Shown here: piece after piece, positions 11,682 through 25,045 of the stretch
Position numbering within the stretch: the first letter of the stretch is position 1
How the letters are laid out: each line of letters opens with the position of its first letter
Assembly (NCBI RefSeq): GCF_036321535.1
Contig: NC_087437.1
Coordinates: 104,348,001-104,412,000 of the forward strand
DNA from: Camelus dromedarius
Taxonomy: Eukaryota
DNA: 64,000 nt
Direction of reading: 5' to 3'
Program-made: the position numbers and the translations under genes
The notes under the pieces: generated by a model
What the model saw: only the letters and a program-made list of their open reading frames with translations
What the model was told of the DNA's origin: nothing
The model's database searches: none

Positions 11682-14517
11682 TGGCATTCCTATTATTTAT
11701 TGCTGTGTAACAGAGCATCCCCAAATTTAGCGTCTTAAAACAGTCATTTTAATATGCTCACAGATTCTATGTGTTGGGGATTGGGAAGAGGCAAAGTGAG
11801 GACTGTTTGTCCCTGTTCCATGAAGGGACCTTACTTGGATTCCTTTAAAATAATAAGTAACTCATCATTTGGATCAAGAATTATCTGAATATATATTCAT
11901 TCACTTGCCTACGCTCTGACACTTGTAGTTGGCTAAGAACTCAATTAGAGCTTTGGTCAAAATATGGTATTTCCATTGGCCTAAGCTTTATTGCAGCACT
12001 ATGTACAAAACATATTACACGTTGGATTAAGCTCCTAGTGCAAGTGTTGCAAGAGAGCCAGGTGGCGGCTGTATTGCCTTTTATGACCTAGCCTCAGAAA
12101 TCATGCAGGGCTCACTTCTACCTTAGTGACAAGCCCTTCCAGATTCAATGGTTGAAAACATAGGCCTTATTTCTTCATGAAAAGACTATCAAAATCACAT
12201 TATAATAAGAGCACGAGCAATGAGAGATGTGGCAGCCATCCTTGAAAAATATAATCTTCCACAGTGTACCCTCAGCCACATAATTTCACATCTCTCCCAC
12301 ATGAACAATGCATACATCTCCTCCTTCATTTGGCCATTCTAGTATTAATTCAAATTTGAGAATTTAAGTTCCCAGGTATAGAGGAAGCTGCTCAGGTAAA
12401 GGATACTGGGTACAGCTCTTTGTTTACTATTTCTTTTAGTCTGTAGACTTGTAAAATAAAGAGAAAAAGTATTTCTCTGCTCTATTGGGACTGGAGGGAA
12501 GGGGGCAGGGCACAACCATTAAAAGAATGACATAGCCTTTGAGGATACGATATAAACTGGTTAAAGCCAACTAGCCCCAAGATGGCAGAAGATTCAACTT
12601 CCAGTAAACCTTGAGCTTCACTATAGGCTTATTGTAATGTATTAAAATCCTAAATGACACACCCATATGCAACATGACAGTTCCCACACCGATCATAAAA
12701 GGCCAAGAAGCGGGGGGGGACACCAATTCCTGGCATTCCCTCTCTTTCCCCAAAACAGTTGTAATAACCCTCTCACTTGTTAGCATTATGAAATTACCTA
12801 GCCCACAAAAACTAACCAACCCTGCATCCCAGGGCCACTCTCACTTTTGAGGAAAAAACCTCACTCTTTCTATGGAATGTGTTTCTCTCTAAATAAACTT
12901 GCTTTCACTTTACTATGGCCCCCTCTTGAATTCTTTCCTGTGTGAGACAAGAACCTGCTTTCTGGTAACACTACCACACACTCATCACACAACTGTGGAA
13001 TAGGCATGGGTAACCACTATAAACATTCCCAGTTTCAAATGGGAAAGTCAGGAGGCACTCAGAAGCCACTAGTCAATAAAGCTCCTGAAATCAATTTGGG
13101 CAAACAAAATGCTAAAAAAAAAACAAAAAAACTACCTGGATATATACATACATGCTACTTTTTGTCAAAAAGGAAGGATTACTCAGATGCTGTAACTAGA
13201 AGTCAGGTTCAAAAGCCACAGGGAGCAACTCCAAGACACTACAACTGAGCCCAAATCCAAATTTAAAAATATGCCCAAATCTAATCAATATAATCCTCTA
13301 TTGATTTAGTCTCCCAATGGTACTACTGTGAGAAAAAAATCCTTACGATTATTAGAACCCTCTTTGTTTAGACCTGTATGACACCCCTGCATGATTTTTA
13401 GAGGGAGTTTTGCCCAAAAGGTTATGTGAAATATTACCCTATATAATTTAAGGTCCTAACATAGGAACTTATGGTTCTACCATGGATTTAATCTTTGCCT
13501 CAAAGCTATTTTTTAATTTCAAAATAATTTGCCATCTGGAAAATTTGGCAACAAGGTGCAGTTTTAATTTAGAATTCTACAAACTCTGACTTTTAAATAT
13601 TTAACAGCTCATTCTTTATTTTATTTAAATTTTATTTAAAAGCAGAGAGAAAAGGCCAGATGGCATCTTCAACACTTTGCCTGGAGGTCTTCTAGTTAGC
13701 AATTAAGTTCATTAGATATGATTCCTATTTTGCACCTTAATTTAGGCAAGAGCATTGCCAAATTTCTTGGCACTCTATGGCAATTCCCCCTTTCCCCTAT
13801 TTCCCAATGCCATTGCCCTTAATCTCCTTTAAGCTTTTACCAACAGGCTTCTCCAAGCCACTTAGGTTCATTAGCACTATTGTAATACTGTTCTAAAAAC
13901 CTTTTAGGCTTTTATTAACAATAACGTTATGACTCAAAGACAATTTCACATGGGTTAGGTTTTGGTTATGGCAGCTACTACTTGCAGTTTTGTTCCATTC
14001 ATTTACAAGTGCATACAACATTACCCCAAATTTTTCATCTTAAAACAATCACTTATTATGATTACGGATACTTTGGAAATTGCTGAATTTAGAAGAAAAA
14101 CAGAAGGAATTTCCATCTGTTCAACGATATCAGAGGCTATACCTGAGAGGCCTCAGTTTCTGGGCAAAAGAATCATGTGAAGGCATTTTCATTCATGTCT
14201 GATGCTGGCAGTAATTAGGGATTCCTGCTGGCTGTGTCAACCAGAACACTACTTCACATATGCTGGACTTCCTTATAGCCTTGGATGTGTTACATTATCA
14301 CTCAGATTTCCAAAGTTCTCCAGTGTCCTTATATGAACCAGCCTCAGATGTCATTTAATGTATTTTCTGCTATAATCAAAAAGCCATCACTCAGATTCCA
14401 AGGAATGAAAATCAACCCTCATTTTTTGATTGAAAGAATGTCAAGGTGACATCATAAGAAGAGCCTTACATGGGAGTTATTTTTATGGACATCTATGGAA
14501 CATAAAGTTGGCCATGC
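11682..14517 (-). mobile_element. MaLR provirus, LTR-internal-LTR (MLT1, G/H-like)
   Basis: Two homologous LTRs at about 11682-12262 and 13985-14517 (ccccaaattt..tcttaaaaca; agcctcaga..tcat; cagattc.a.gg; tcaa....acat.ataa). MLT1-int motifs lie between (ataatttcacatctctcccacatg; ggcatgggtaaccactataaacattccc; ttaggttttggttatggcagc). Confidence 0.8.
12483..12970 (+). mobile_element. ERV1 solo LTR, MER41-like, nested in the MaLR internal region
   Basis: ttgggactggagggaagggggcagggcacaac...ccaagatggc...aataaa (12892-12897)...ttgaattctttcctgtgtgag..aagaacc...ggtaaca; the MaLR internal sequence resumes at 12971. Confidence 0.75.
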
Positions 14518-14797
14518 CTGCCCAGCTCAAAATCTTTTCACAGAGATTGTATCATTTAAGTAAAAGGTAGCAGAAATTATTGCATACTGAATATGTGTAC
14601 TAGTTAGAATATTTTATTTGTTTTGTAGCATTAAATTGCTGTTGTCTATAATTGATCAGAAGTTACAAAGGTACAAAGCACAATCAATATTATACCATGT
14701 AGAGTGCCAAGCAGCAGGTGCATTTTCAGTGTTAATTTCTAAATTAATAATGCTCTTAATACTTTTGATCAAAGTAAGAGTCCCTTGGTCTCATAGA

Positions 14798-15283
14798 GAG
14801 GATGGTTAACTTTATGTGTTAACTTGACTGGGCCATGGATTGTCCAGACATTTGGTCAAGCCCTATGTATGGCATGGTGCTTCTGACACCACAAATTGGC
14901 AGAATTTGTAGAGTGGATTGCTTTCTCTAACATGGGTGGGCCTCATCCTATCATTTGAAAACCAGAAGAGAACAAAGAGGCCAAGCAAGAGAGAAATTTG
15001 TTTGGGTTGAGCTGAGACACCTGTCTTCTCTTGACCTTGGACAAAACCTCACATTGTAGATGCTCCTGGTTTTCTGGCCTTCCAACTCAGACTGGAACTC
15101 AACCATCAGCTCTCCTGGGTCCCCTGCTTGCTGACTGCAGGTCTTGGGACTTCTCAGCCTTTGTAATTTTTTGAGAAAATTCTTTATAAAAAATCTCTCT
15201 CTTTCTCTTTTTCTTTTGTTCTCTAGATAGACAGATAGATAGATCGCCTGGTGGCTCTGTTTTCTCTGGATAATCCTAATATA
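14798..15283 (+). mobile_element. ERVL solo LTR, MLT2D-like
   Basis: gatggttaactttatgtgttaacttgactgggcca...cagactggaact..accatcagctctcctggg...tgggacttctcagcct...ctctgg..aatcctaat. Confidence 0.88.
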
Positions 15284-15919
15284 GTCATATAGTAAAATTT
15301 TATAATTCTGGAAGGAAAAATGAAATTTCTCAAAAAATAAGTTATAATAAGTGTATTTTTACAGTCATGAAGAAAAGTAGTCATGTTTTAATCGTCTTAA
15401 GGGAAATAAAATCCATCCTTACACAAATTGAAAAAAATATTTCATTCCTATTACTGTGGAACTGTTATTTTTGTTGTTGTTGGTAAGCTGTAATTGACTA
15501 AAATTGATTTTTACTATTGAAAACAAAGTGGCATTAGTTTTTTCAGATTTCTACCTTGAGGAATGTTACACAAATAAATTGAGGGGAAATGTTATAAATG
15601 CATATGATTTCATATCTGCTGCTCTCATTTTGTAAAAGAAGACTATTTTCATGCTATCTTACTACCAGTTTACTTATTCATTTCACAAGTGACTAATAAT
15701 AGCTAAACATATGATAGTAAAATAAGATATGATAATAAAATAAGATTTTATCAAAACTAGGTAAGACTGCAACACAGAGACAAAGATCCAAATTTAGGAG
15801 ATGGTGAGAGATTTTTTAAATAAATATAATAAATCAAAACTGTAGAAGTGAGAACACATTAAATGATATTTAGTTAGTAAAACAAATTTTGCAATATTAA
15901 TTCTGTATCAATGTGACTG

Positions 15920-16025
15920 TTAAGCTCTTTACAAATCTAACATCATTTAATTCTTATCACCACTCAGTGTTATAAGTATTGTTAGCATGCTTTTGCTTTA
16001 CAGATGGGAAACTGACACATAGTAC
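15920..16025 (-). mobile_element. MIR fragment
   Basis: tcatttaattctt...tttacagatgggaaactga. Confidence 0.7.
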
Positions 16026-16744
16026 CCCAAATAACAGATAAAAAGTAGTATTTTATTCTCAGTGGCTAGAATATACTCTGTTATTAGTTGTTGGATGACA
16101 GTCTTGATAAATTGCTAGGATAATTTTTATTTCTAACAATTGAAAGAGGATATTTTCAAAACCTGGTCATGTCATGCATTGCTTGTCACCTTTTAGGAGG
16201 TCCCCTTTGCTGACTCTGGATGACAAAGCCTGAGAACTCCTCCTGTTCCAGCCCTTCATCCACCTTCCATAAGCTCTCCTGACTCGGGTGCCTCACTGTT
16301 TTATCATCTTATTGTCCACAGTGGCAATGTATTATTTAGCCCCCAAATCAAATAAAAATGAAATGAATGAATGAAAGAAGCAACACACAAAGTGAAGATA
16401 CTGTCTTTCAAAGGGAAGTCAGTAGATTCCTGACGCTGACTAGGAAGAAACTATCCCACTATTTGATTAGAGCTTATTCAGTCCTCCATGAGTAGGCATG
16501 CAGACACATAAAAACGATTTCACATCCCCACATTAATTTACAAAGATTAAATGTGTTTATTACTGAGATTGTATGCTTAGAGTTTTTTAAAGAAGCAAAA
16601 CTTAATGTAAGTCTCCATTATACTATGACCAATAATTTATTCCACAAAAATCATAAAAGTCCACAAGCGTGAGTTTATTTTGAGTATTAACCATATAAAG
16701 TGTTAAGTTCTGATTGGGAATGATTTGCTCTCAAGAAGGGTCAC

Positions 16745-16832
16745 GGTGGCTATGAAAAAGAATTCAGTCTTTATCAGAAGGACCATGGTTCAAGTTCTGT
16801 CTTTCCCATTTAATAACTATATGACTTTGGGA
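16745..16832 (+). mobile_element. MIR fragment
   Basis: ggttcaagttctgtctttcccatttaataactatatgactttggg. Confidence 0.6.
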
Positions 16833-17084
16833 GTAAAAAAAATCTTATTTAAAAGCAGTGACTAAATATTCACTCAACTTAATATTATTATAATTATTCA
16901 AATAGATAGTAACATGAATATTTAAACACCTGTACTAAATACATATTTACAAGTTTTAAATGACTCCAACTTACATGCATAAATATTAATGTATCTCCAA
17001 GTTGTTATCCAGAATAGTCTAGAATAATGTGTTTTAAACAAGATTCATCCAATCCACTAAAATACAAGTATTAGGGATACTCAC

Positions 17085-17214
17085 TAGTGAAACTATGTAT
17101 CCAGTTGCCCAGAGCTATTCTAGATCATATCTATTGTCCCAGCATCCCTTTCAGGTTAACATTTTTCCAGAAGAAAAATGTCTTCTTTGGACAATAAATT
17201 ATGTGATCATCCTA
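17085..17214 (-). mobile_element. MER94-like hAT MITE
   Basis: ttgtcccagc...ttggacaataaattatgtgatcatccta resembles the MER94 terminus (ttggatgataaattatatggtcacccta). Confidence 0.6.
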
Positions 17215-17744
17215 GACTCTCATCACTAGAAGAAGTGTTTCAAAACCCAGCACAGATCTGAACAGATCAATTGAGATTTAACAAATAGTTACAAGTTAAA
17301 TTAAATACTGTTAGTAAACTGAAATTTCATTTTGGGACTTTACATAAAAAATTGGTCTAAAATTCTTCAAGCATTCCTAGCTGTGTAGAAACTTTTTTTT
17401 TTTTAATTTCCAAAAGCGATTAGGAAATAAAGATATATAAGTGATTTTTAAAATTACTGTTAATCATCTATAGACAGAATGTATACAACAAATGTAGTTG
17501 TTATTTGTTTTTCATACATGTTTATAACACACTTCTACTATTATCATGTGCTTTCAGTTCCATCACTTATCCTTAAATACATCATTAAAATATACAAAGT
17601 TATGTATATATGCATGCATATGTTGGCACGTCTAAAACATCCAAACAGCGACAACCACCAAAGTGAGAGTTTAACGTTTCGAGTTGGAGGTAAGATTTCA
17701 ATGCCAAAACTCACTGTCATGTTTTGGATTAGCATTCTCTCTAG

Positions 17745-18432
17745 CTCACATGTTCAACATATGAGCCCGTTCTAGTCACTGTTCTAGATACTGTACAAAA
17801 CTCCCTGCTCCTTTGGAGTTTATATTATAGTGGGCTTACTGTACATTAAAAATAAAAATAGATACTAATTCATATGTTAATGTTAAGGAGGAAAATAAAG
17901 CCAAGAATTGGAGTTGGAAGCTTGGGGGGCTCAAGAGTGGACATTTTAATGAGGGAGTTAGGAATGATCTTTCTGAAACAAGGGAGCAAACCAAGGAAAT
18001 ACCTGAGGAAGGGCCTCCCAGGCAGAGGACGTAAGAGTCGTAGGGGTCCTGTTGTGGGAATGTGCCTAGACCCTCATGTGAGTAACTGAGCGAGAATGGT
18101 GAACAGTATGGCTGGAGCAGGTTTCTAAGGACGGTAGCAGGTGCTGAAGTCGGGAAGAGACTGAGAGACCATGTGAAACTAAGAATGTGGTTTGCTATTG
18201 CAACAACTGGTTTCCTTGCAGAAAAAAAACAACCTACGGGAACACTTTGATCAGAAGCTTGGTCATATCTGACTTACACAAGACCTCTGGACACTGGATT
18301 AAAGACAGACTGAAGAGACCCATGGACGAAAGCAGGGAGATCAATTAGACAGATATTACAGTGATTCCAGGTGACATGGGCCAGGCTGGTAGAGTCAGTG
18401 GAGGCGGGAAGGACTCTGGATATTCTGAAAGG
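17745..18432 (-). mobile_element. L2 fragment
   Basis: tccctgctcctttggagtttatattatagtggg...ccaggcagagg...ggaatgtgcctag...tccaggtga. Confidence 0.75.
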
Positions 18433-18548
18433 GATTAATGAGATGATAACAGTGTCTAACAGAGTTCTTATGCATATCAAATAAAATAATATGCTTGGAG
18501 TATTTAGCACAGTGCTTGGCAAATAACAAGAAATTAATGAATATTGGT
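18433..18548 (+). mobile_element. MIR 3' part
   Basis: ggattaatgagat...tttagcacagtgcttggcaaataa. Confidence 0.6.
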
Positions 18549-18567
18549 AAGCAGTGGTAAGTAATAA

Positions 18568-18729
18568 TAGGGGATTGATGGTGAAGTTAATGAAGCATAT
18601 GCTTCAGAACTCCTCACCAATGAAGGTCAGTTGTAAGGCACTCTTAATGCTTGCAAATTCGTATGAATTTTCTTAAGGGGCTCCTCAAACATGTGTAAGT
18701 TTCAGGCCACAAAATTCGGATCTGCCTCA
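18568..18729. mobile_element. MER53-like hAT MITE
   Basis: gtgaagttaatgaagcatatgcttcag...ttcttaagggg...tgtgtaagtttcaggccacaaaattcggatctgcc. Confidence 0.7.
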
Positions 18730-20394
18730 GGAAAAATTATGACAATAACAATAGTAGAGGGAGAAAATGGGAAGGAGAAGGAGGAAAAGAGTAATAATAA
18801 CAAAACTAAGGATTGGAAGAATGAGATGGAAAACTGTGCACCACAGCAAAGTTTTTAAAAGGCTCAAGAAAGATGCATTAATTATAAACGTAAATATACA
18901 TATTTGCAGCTCCTCAAGCTTATAAAGCAGAGTTGAGTAATGTTTAAATTTTTTAATCAATTTTCTTATGTAGATGAGAGGCCTCTGATGAATTTGGCTG
19001 AAAATTAGTAACTAATCTTTTTCAAGTTTAATGATATATAACGATTTTTAAAGTCTATTAGTTTTCAAGAATTAATGGGAGTGCTCATAATGGAATCAGC
19101 CTGATTGTCTAGTGTAAATCCTGGGTGGAACATCTGGGATCTCTTCAAAACATTTAAATCTTTCAGCACTGCTTGGTTTGCTTGCTTGGTGGATATGCCT
19201 ATTATCAAACACTTTTTTATCATGAAAAATTGCATTTCATCCACAGATGGCCGCCATTATTAGCAAGCATAGCACTGTGATATGTGGAGAAGGTATTCTG
19301 ATTAATTTTTAAGTGTGTTGGTAATGTTTATGTGTAATATTTTATGTCAATTGATAAAGAATCTTGAATACAAAAAATATTGTATAACCCATTTCACAAA
19401 TGGCTATTATTGTGTTCGCTTTTTGCAACAACTGGAGGGCGGCTACACTATTAGATCTAGTTTATAAATAAGAGGCTTGGATTGATTAATGACTTTCACA
19501 AACTCATGAGATAGAACATGGAAAAGCCAGGGAAAGACACAACTGTAAAAATCAGAATCTCGTATCCTTTCTAATAGATGGTTCTTCTCTTTAAACTCTC
19601 ATTTTGTCTCCTTTTTTCTTTCTGTCTTTAAGAGGCTTCTTTCTCTGTGTGTTAAGCCATTTTGCTCTGTTTTAAATGACACAGCCATCTGTACTTTCCC
19701 TGAGAGGTTATTTTATACTAGTGCATGACAGCTCCTTTCAAAAAAAGTGTTCAATCAAACTGTGACAGCTATTAATAATTATTTAGCACCTGTGTTTGTC
19801 TAGGAATCTAGTGACTTCATAAAATGTATATAAATTTGGCTCCTTCAAGCTTTTGCATTATTTAATATTCTATTGAGAAAGGGCTCATTAAGTCACTTCT
19901 AAAGGAAGATTTTGTGGAGTCTCTCCTTACTCTCTTGGATGAAGAAAACGTAGAGTTAAACCTACAGGAAATTGAACATTTATTTTTTCTAGAATTTTCC
20001 GCATTTTAGTTTCTTTGCATCTGCTTAATTAGGGATCAGGGACACAAAATTATCATTGAGAATTAAATAACTCATTAAAATTCATTATTATAGATAATCA
20101 AAATTATTTGACATTTTTGAGATTGCAAAATTTAGTTCTCAACTGCCTGAAGTTGTAGGTTTCTGTCTTTACTGGACTGTATTTGTAGTGAAACACTTAA
20201 GTGTCTGTGTATTGATAATTGAAAGAGTTTGAAATTTTGGAAAATAGTACTAGTTTGACTATGCATACATAAAAGTAAACATTTCACATAATTATGTTCT
20301 GGTTTATCATAGTGTCAATAGTTATAGAGTAAATTAAATAATTATTCAAGTATCTAATAAAATAAAAATGGATAAAAATATTAACCAACACATA

Positions 20395-20625
20395 ACATTT
20401 ATTGCTACAGACACTATCTTAAATGTTTTATGTATATTTACTTATTTAATCTTTTCAACACTCTGTTGAAGTAAGTAATGTTATTATCTCAATTTGCAGA
20501 TAAGAACTTAGGTATAGAGAGTTTAACTGCCTGGACAAAAGTTACATCACTGCTAGGTGATAGATGCAGAATTTATCCCCAGGCGCTCTGGTTCCAGAGT
20601 CTCCACACTATCCAGCTGTGCCCTA
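20395..20625 (-). mobile_element. MIR, near full length
   Basis: ttatttaatctt..caacactct...ttattatctcaatttgcagataagaa...cccagg..ctctggttccagagtc. Confidence 0.85.
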
Positions 20626-21382
20626 TTGCTCACTATGGTGCCTTTCACAGCCTCACTCGGATGAAAGGAGAGTGACAGATGAAAGTAGCAGGTATATAGG
20701 TAAGGAAAAAAATTATTGAATGTTGAATGGAATCAACTGTCTTTATCATCACTAAGATGAGAATTAAAGAAAGGTAGATATTTGAATGTCAACAAGATTA
20801 AATTAATCAGAGTTGTTAAAACATCATTGTAGAATCTGGGGACAGTTTCCAATAACATAATACTTGGTAATATAAACTCAAGAAATATATCTTCCCTTAT
20901 GATCTTAGTAAATCTGTGTTCATTTTGAATAGTAAGAAAAAAAATAGCTTTGTATAAAAAAAATTTTTTTTCCAGAATGGCTGTACTCCTTGAAGTGTGT
21001 TCAGGAAAGATGGGTTACAATACTCACTGATTGATATGTATTCCTAGAAAGCATTTCTATTTGCTATAGTTTTCTTTGCAGTTTTCTAACCATGGTCAGT
21101 ATTTCCTTATCCTTTTGACGTCTTGACATTTGTCTCAACAAGCACACAGATTCTGCTATACTATTCAAAATGGTCCTAGAGACCAGATAGAAGCTCCATT
21201 TCTACTCTTTTTTTTTTTTTCTTTTGGTTCAATGGAACTACAGTGTGTCCTCAAAACCAATATCTATGAAATAGGGTTATTTGATAGGAGCATGATACTA
21301 CTTAGAACAGCAACATTAAGTGTGGGGTAAAATATGAAATGAGTGCAAATGAGGGGTAGACACTTTTTTGACTGGCAAACAT

Positions 21383-22264
21383 ACAGCAGAAGATCCCATC
21401 GGGAGCCTGCATATAAGCTAGTACCAGGATAGCCAGGGACTCTGTTCCCTCTGTTTGCCCTGCCACCGCTCCTGCCCAGCTCTCATTCCATTAGGCCTGG
21501 TACTTCCCCTCATATGTGCATTTTAGACTTACCAAGATTCTTCTGCATTGGTCCCCAAACTTCACTATGTCATTTTCAATTGGTATTTTAATTACATAAT
21601 TTTGCCAATAACACATCATTAAATGAAAAATGAATGTGAATGTTATTTTCTCGATGGAAACTAAGTTGAATAGCCAAGAAAGACTAGAAGAATGCAGGTA
21701 GATTAAAATTTTAAAGTTTTAAAAAGAGGCATAGGCAATAAAAATGTAAAGTTTGCAAATAATTTTTAAATGTTTGAAAGAATCTTGCCTTCAAACTATT
21801 GTGCCACTAACAAAGTTTCCGGTGTACTTTAAAGAAACAGAAACTTGTGGATTTATAGAAAATGTGTTATTGGTGAAGACTGTAGGAACAGTATGAGTTT
21901 GAACCCCAATCAATTGAATCCAAATTTTAAAAAAGGATTCTTTAGATAATTAAATAAATATCTCTGTACTAGAAAAATGTTAACTTTTAAAAATAACTTT
22001 GTAGTACTCAGTAAATATACATAAAAAATTTTATGTTCAAGAATGAGCATCAAGTATTACTAGGCAAAATACCCTGTATGCAAATTTTAGATGAAACTAA
22101 AATAAGTAAAATCAAATGCTTGAGATAAGTTTATATTATTGTGTATGATTTCTTTCTGTAACTTCCTTAATTATTTTAACTAAGTCTTCAGTTCTTTGAT
22201 ATTAATTTTGTATACCAAACACTCTCCAGCTTTACTTTGATTAGGATGCAGGGCATTCTTCACT
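21383..22264 (+). mobile_element. Tigger13a-like TcMar DNA transposon remnant
   Basis: Starts TA|cagcagaag; internal atggaaactaagttgaat...gaaagact and actttaaagaaacagaaact resemble the recalled Tigger13a consensus; ends gggcattcttcact. Confidence 0.6.
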
Positions 22265-24809
22265 AACTCAGAGAAAAAGGTGATTTTTTTTTAAATGTGT
22301 TTACATATATGTTGCACTCAGATGACTGACCCCTGAAGGAAGAATTCTAAGTGCATATATGTTTATTGAAGTGGAAATTATTGTGCTAACACCAAAAATT
22401 GACTATCCTGTCTGCCTCATGAGAAAGGCATCCAGTATGATTAAAAAAAACAAATGCTAGACAAAGCCAGGTAAACAAAATGACACTTGGATTCACTTCT
22501 TATTCCTATTCGGAATGAAGAATTTTCAGACAGGAATAAGCATCATACAATTCACAAATTAAGAAAACCTCAAAATAGGAAACATGACAAGGAATATAAA
22601 ATCACCTCCTCATTCCCAAGTCCTACATAGCTATTTGTTGAAATTCATATTAAAGCCTTGAGCTATTTTAATATGTTCTCAAGTTTAGAAAATTTTATAT
22701 GAATTTGTATCAGACTGGTAATTTTTCTAGATCTCTGAGTTTTTGCTGGTTATAAATTTAATATATTTTATAGCTTCCTTGATCCATCAATTGTAGATAG
22801 TTTAGCGGGTTTATAGTGAACAATTGCACAGAATTCTTTAAACTTGCTTTCTATCAAAAAGAAAATGATATAATTTGAAAAAATGCCTGTACAATTTACT
22901 AGTCCATATAATTCTTCCAAGTTTGTAATATTGCTTCCTGTAGCAAGTTGATGTAAAAAAATCCAGCTTTCCAAACATGATTGGAACTAGAATTAGGTAT
23001 GATTTAACTGTGCTGTTGCTTTTTTATACAATTGGATAAACCTATTTCCTGTGTCAGATAGCTTGAAAAAAAATGTACTAGGAAAGAACATTGGGACCTT
23101 TGCTTGGTTCTTTCAAATATAATGTCAATAATATCTAAAAAGTTAAGGCTACCCAGATTCAGATGACTTGAAACTGTATCAAAGCTTATTCATGCAACTA
23201 TCCCTCTGAGTTTTGTCAAACATCCATTGTCACAATTGTTTTTTTTTAAGTACATCTGTTTACTCTCTTGAGCTTATAAAATTTGCCACACAAAACTTAA
23301 AAAAAAGAAATATTCAATTAAATTCTACAATACTACCTTAACCTTTGCCTTCATTTTCTGAAGATAATGAAAAAGTAGTATTAGATGGTCTACATGTGCC
23401 ACTTTGCTACACCATTTAATAAATTAGATATGCTTTTAATGACAATATTATGAAAGAGACTCACTCTCATACACTACTTAATGTAATGTATAGAAGAGGC
23501 AAACCAAAGTCATTATTTTAGTAATTGTTTTATCCTTTCTTAAATGTAGTCATATTTTATAATGAGAATAGGAGAGAATTTTTATTATATATATATGTTT
23601 TTATGTTAAAGTGTACATTTTAATTGGAAGTGCATAATTAACTCATTACTATGACTGATTGTCCTGTAAGTGAAAAGAATTAAAAATAAGAATAAAGTTA
23701 TAAGTAATTAATCCATTAAGTATTAACTTTATCTTATTTTTTTAAAAAAGAAACAACAAAGCTCATGAGACCTTGGTACATGAATCTACTTCACCAGTTT
23801 TTCCTATGCCTCTATTTTCCGTTCCTCCTAATTTATTTGCATACTATTTTTGTTTGTTTCCTGTCTAGGCAGCTTTCTGAAACAAGGAGAAAAATTATAT
23901 ACACAATCTAAGTAAATAATCATAGACCGTTTTGGACTTCTGTTGCTTGTACTAATCTAGAATTCTTGCATATTTATTTTGGCAATTAATTTTGGAAAAC
24001 CCTCAATAAAGTTTGGTAAGATAGACCTTACCTCTATACAGACTTTGTAACTGACTTAATTCAATTAGCTTAATCATAAACCCTTTGGTTCAGGAAAGAG
24101 TCACAAATTTTGAACCACAGAAAACTGGATTCAAGACTTCAGCTTAGCTGCTCAGGGAGAGCGGCCCTCTCTTCCTTGGAAGAGCGATAATGTAAGGAAG
24201 TCAGTCTGTGTGGTCCCAGTTTGAGTTGAATTTTTGTCACTGGGAACACAGATTTCTGTCACAGACAGATAAGCACAGAATCGCATTGTCTTGGTCTCTC
24301 ACTTTTCCCTCTAGAGCTACGTTCTCATGTTGAGTGGAAAGTGATACAATTTATGGGTAGAGAGAAACTTCATCTTAAAGCATTATTTTTATGAAGTCTT
24401 ACACTCATAGGCCATGTCAAAAATCAAAGCAAAACAAACAAGACCAAAAGTGACTTAGATGTTCCTTTCCTGAACAACTGCTTTCCCTTCACCTAACTGA
24501 ATGTAAATTTTGAACCGATAGGGTTTTTCTCTTCACGTTAGCTGATAGGAATCTCATAACCAAATTTACAACATATCTCTGCCAACTACATGAAAGATGG
24601 TGATGTTCCCACCAGTGAATTCACTTTACTTTGTGTTCAATGTGTAAATAATACCCTTATTTCTCCTCACTCTTATTTAGCCTTATTTTAAATTCTATTC
24701 ATTGTGTGCTTTTGTGTTAGGTGACAACTATTCTTGCTATTGAATTGAAGTAACAATAGTAAATAAATAAAACAAAACTGTCACCACAAGAATAACACAA
24801 ACATCTATC

Positions 24810-25045
24810 AAACTCTTAGGAAACTATCTATTGTAAATAACAAAAATCAGATTCAACTATTTTCAGAAATGAAGAAAATGTATCGTTTTCCCCAGGAAGT
24901 CTAAGGTTGAGGTAAGTTTCAGGTGGGTTTATTCAACAATTTAACAATATTTTCAAGGATTTAGGTTCTTCAAATATCTTAATTGTGCCATTCTTAGATT
25001 TGGTTTCACTCTAATATAAGTAGCAAGATGGCTGCTTCTATCCTT
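24810..25045 (-). mobile_element. old MLT1 LTR fragment
   Basis: ttgtaaataacaaaaa...gaagtct...tcaaggatttaggttctt...gcaagatggctgc. Confidence 0.6.

Noticed and set aside
22915..22985. hAT dimerisation-like peptide (LLPVAS...SF)
   Set aside because: It needs a stop and a frameshift within a few codons, and no terminal repeats were found.
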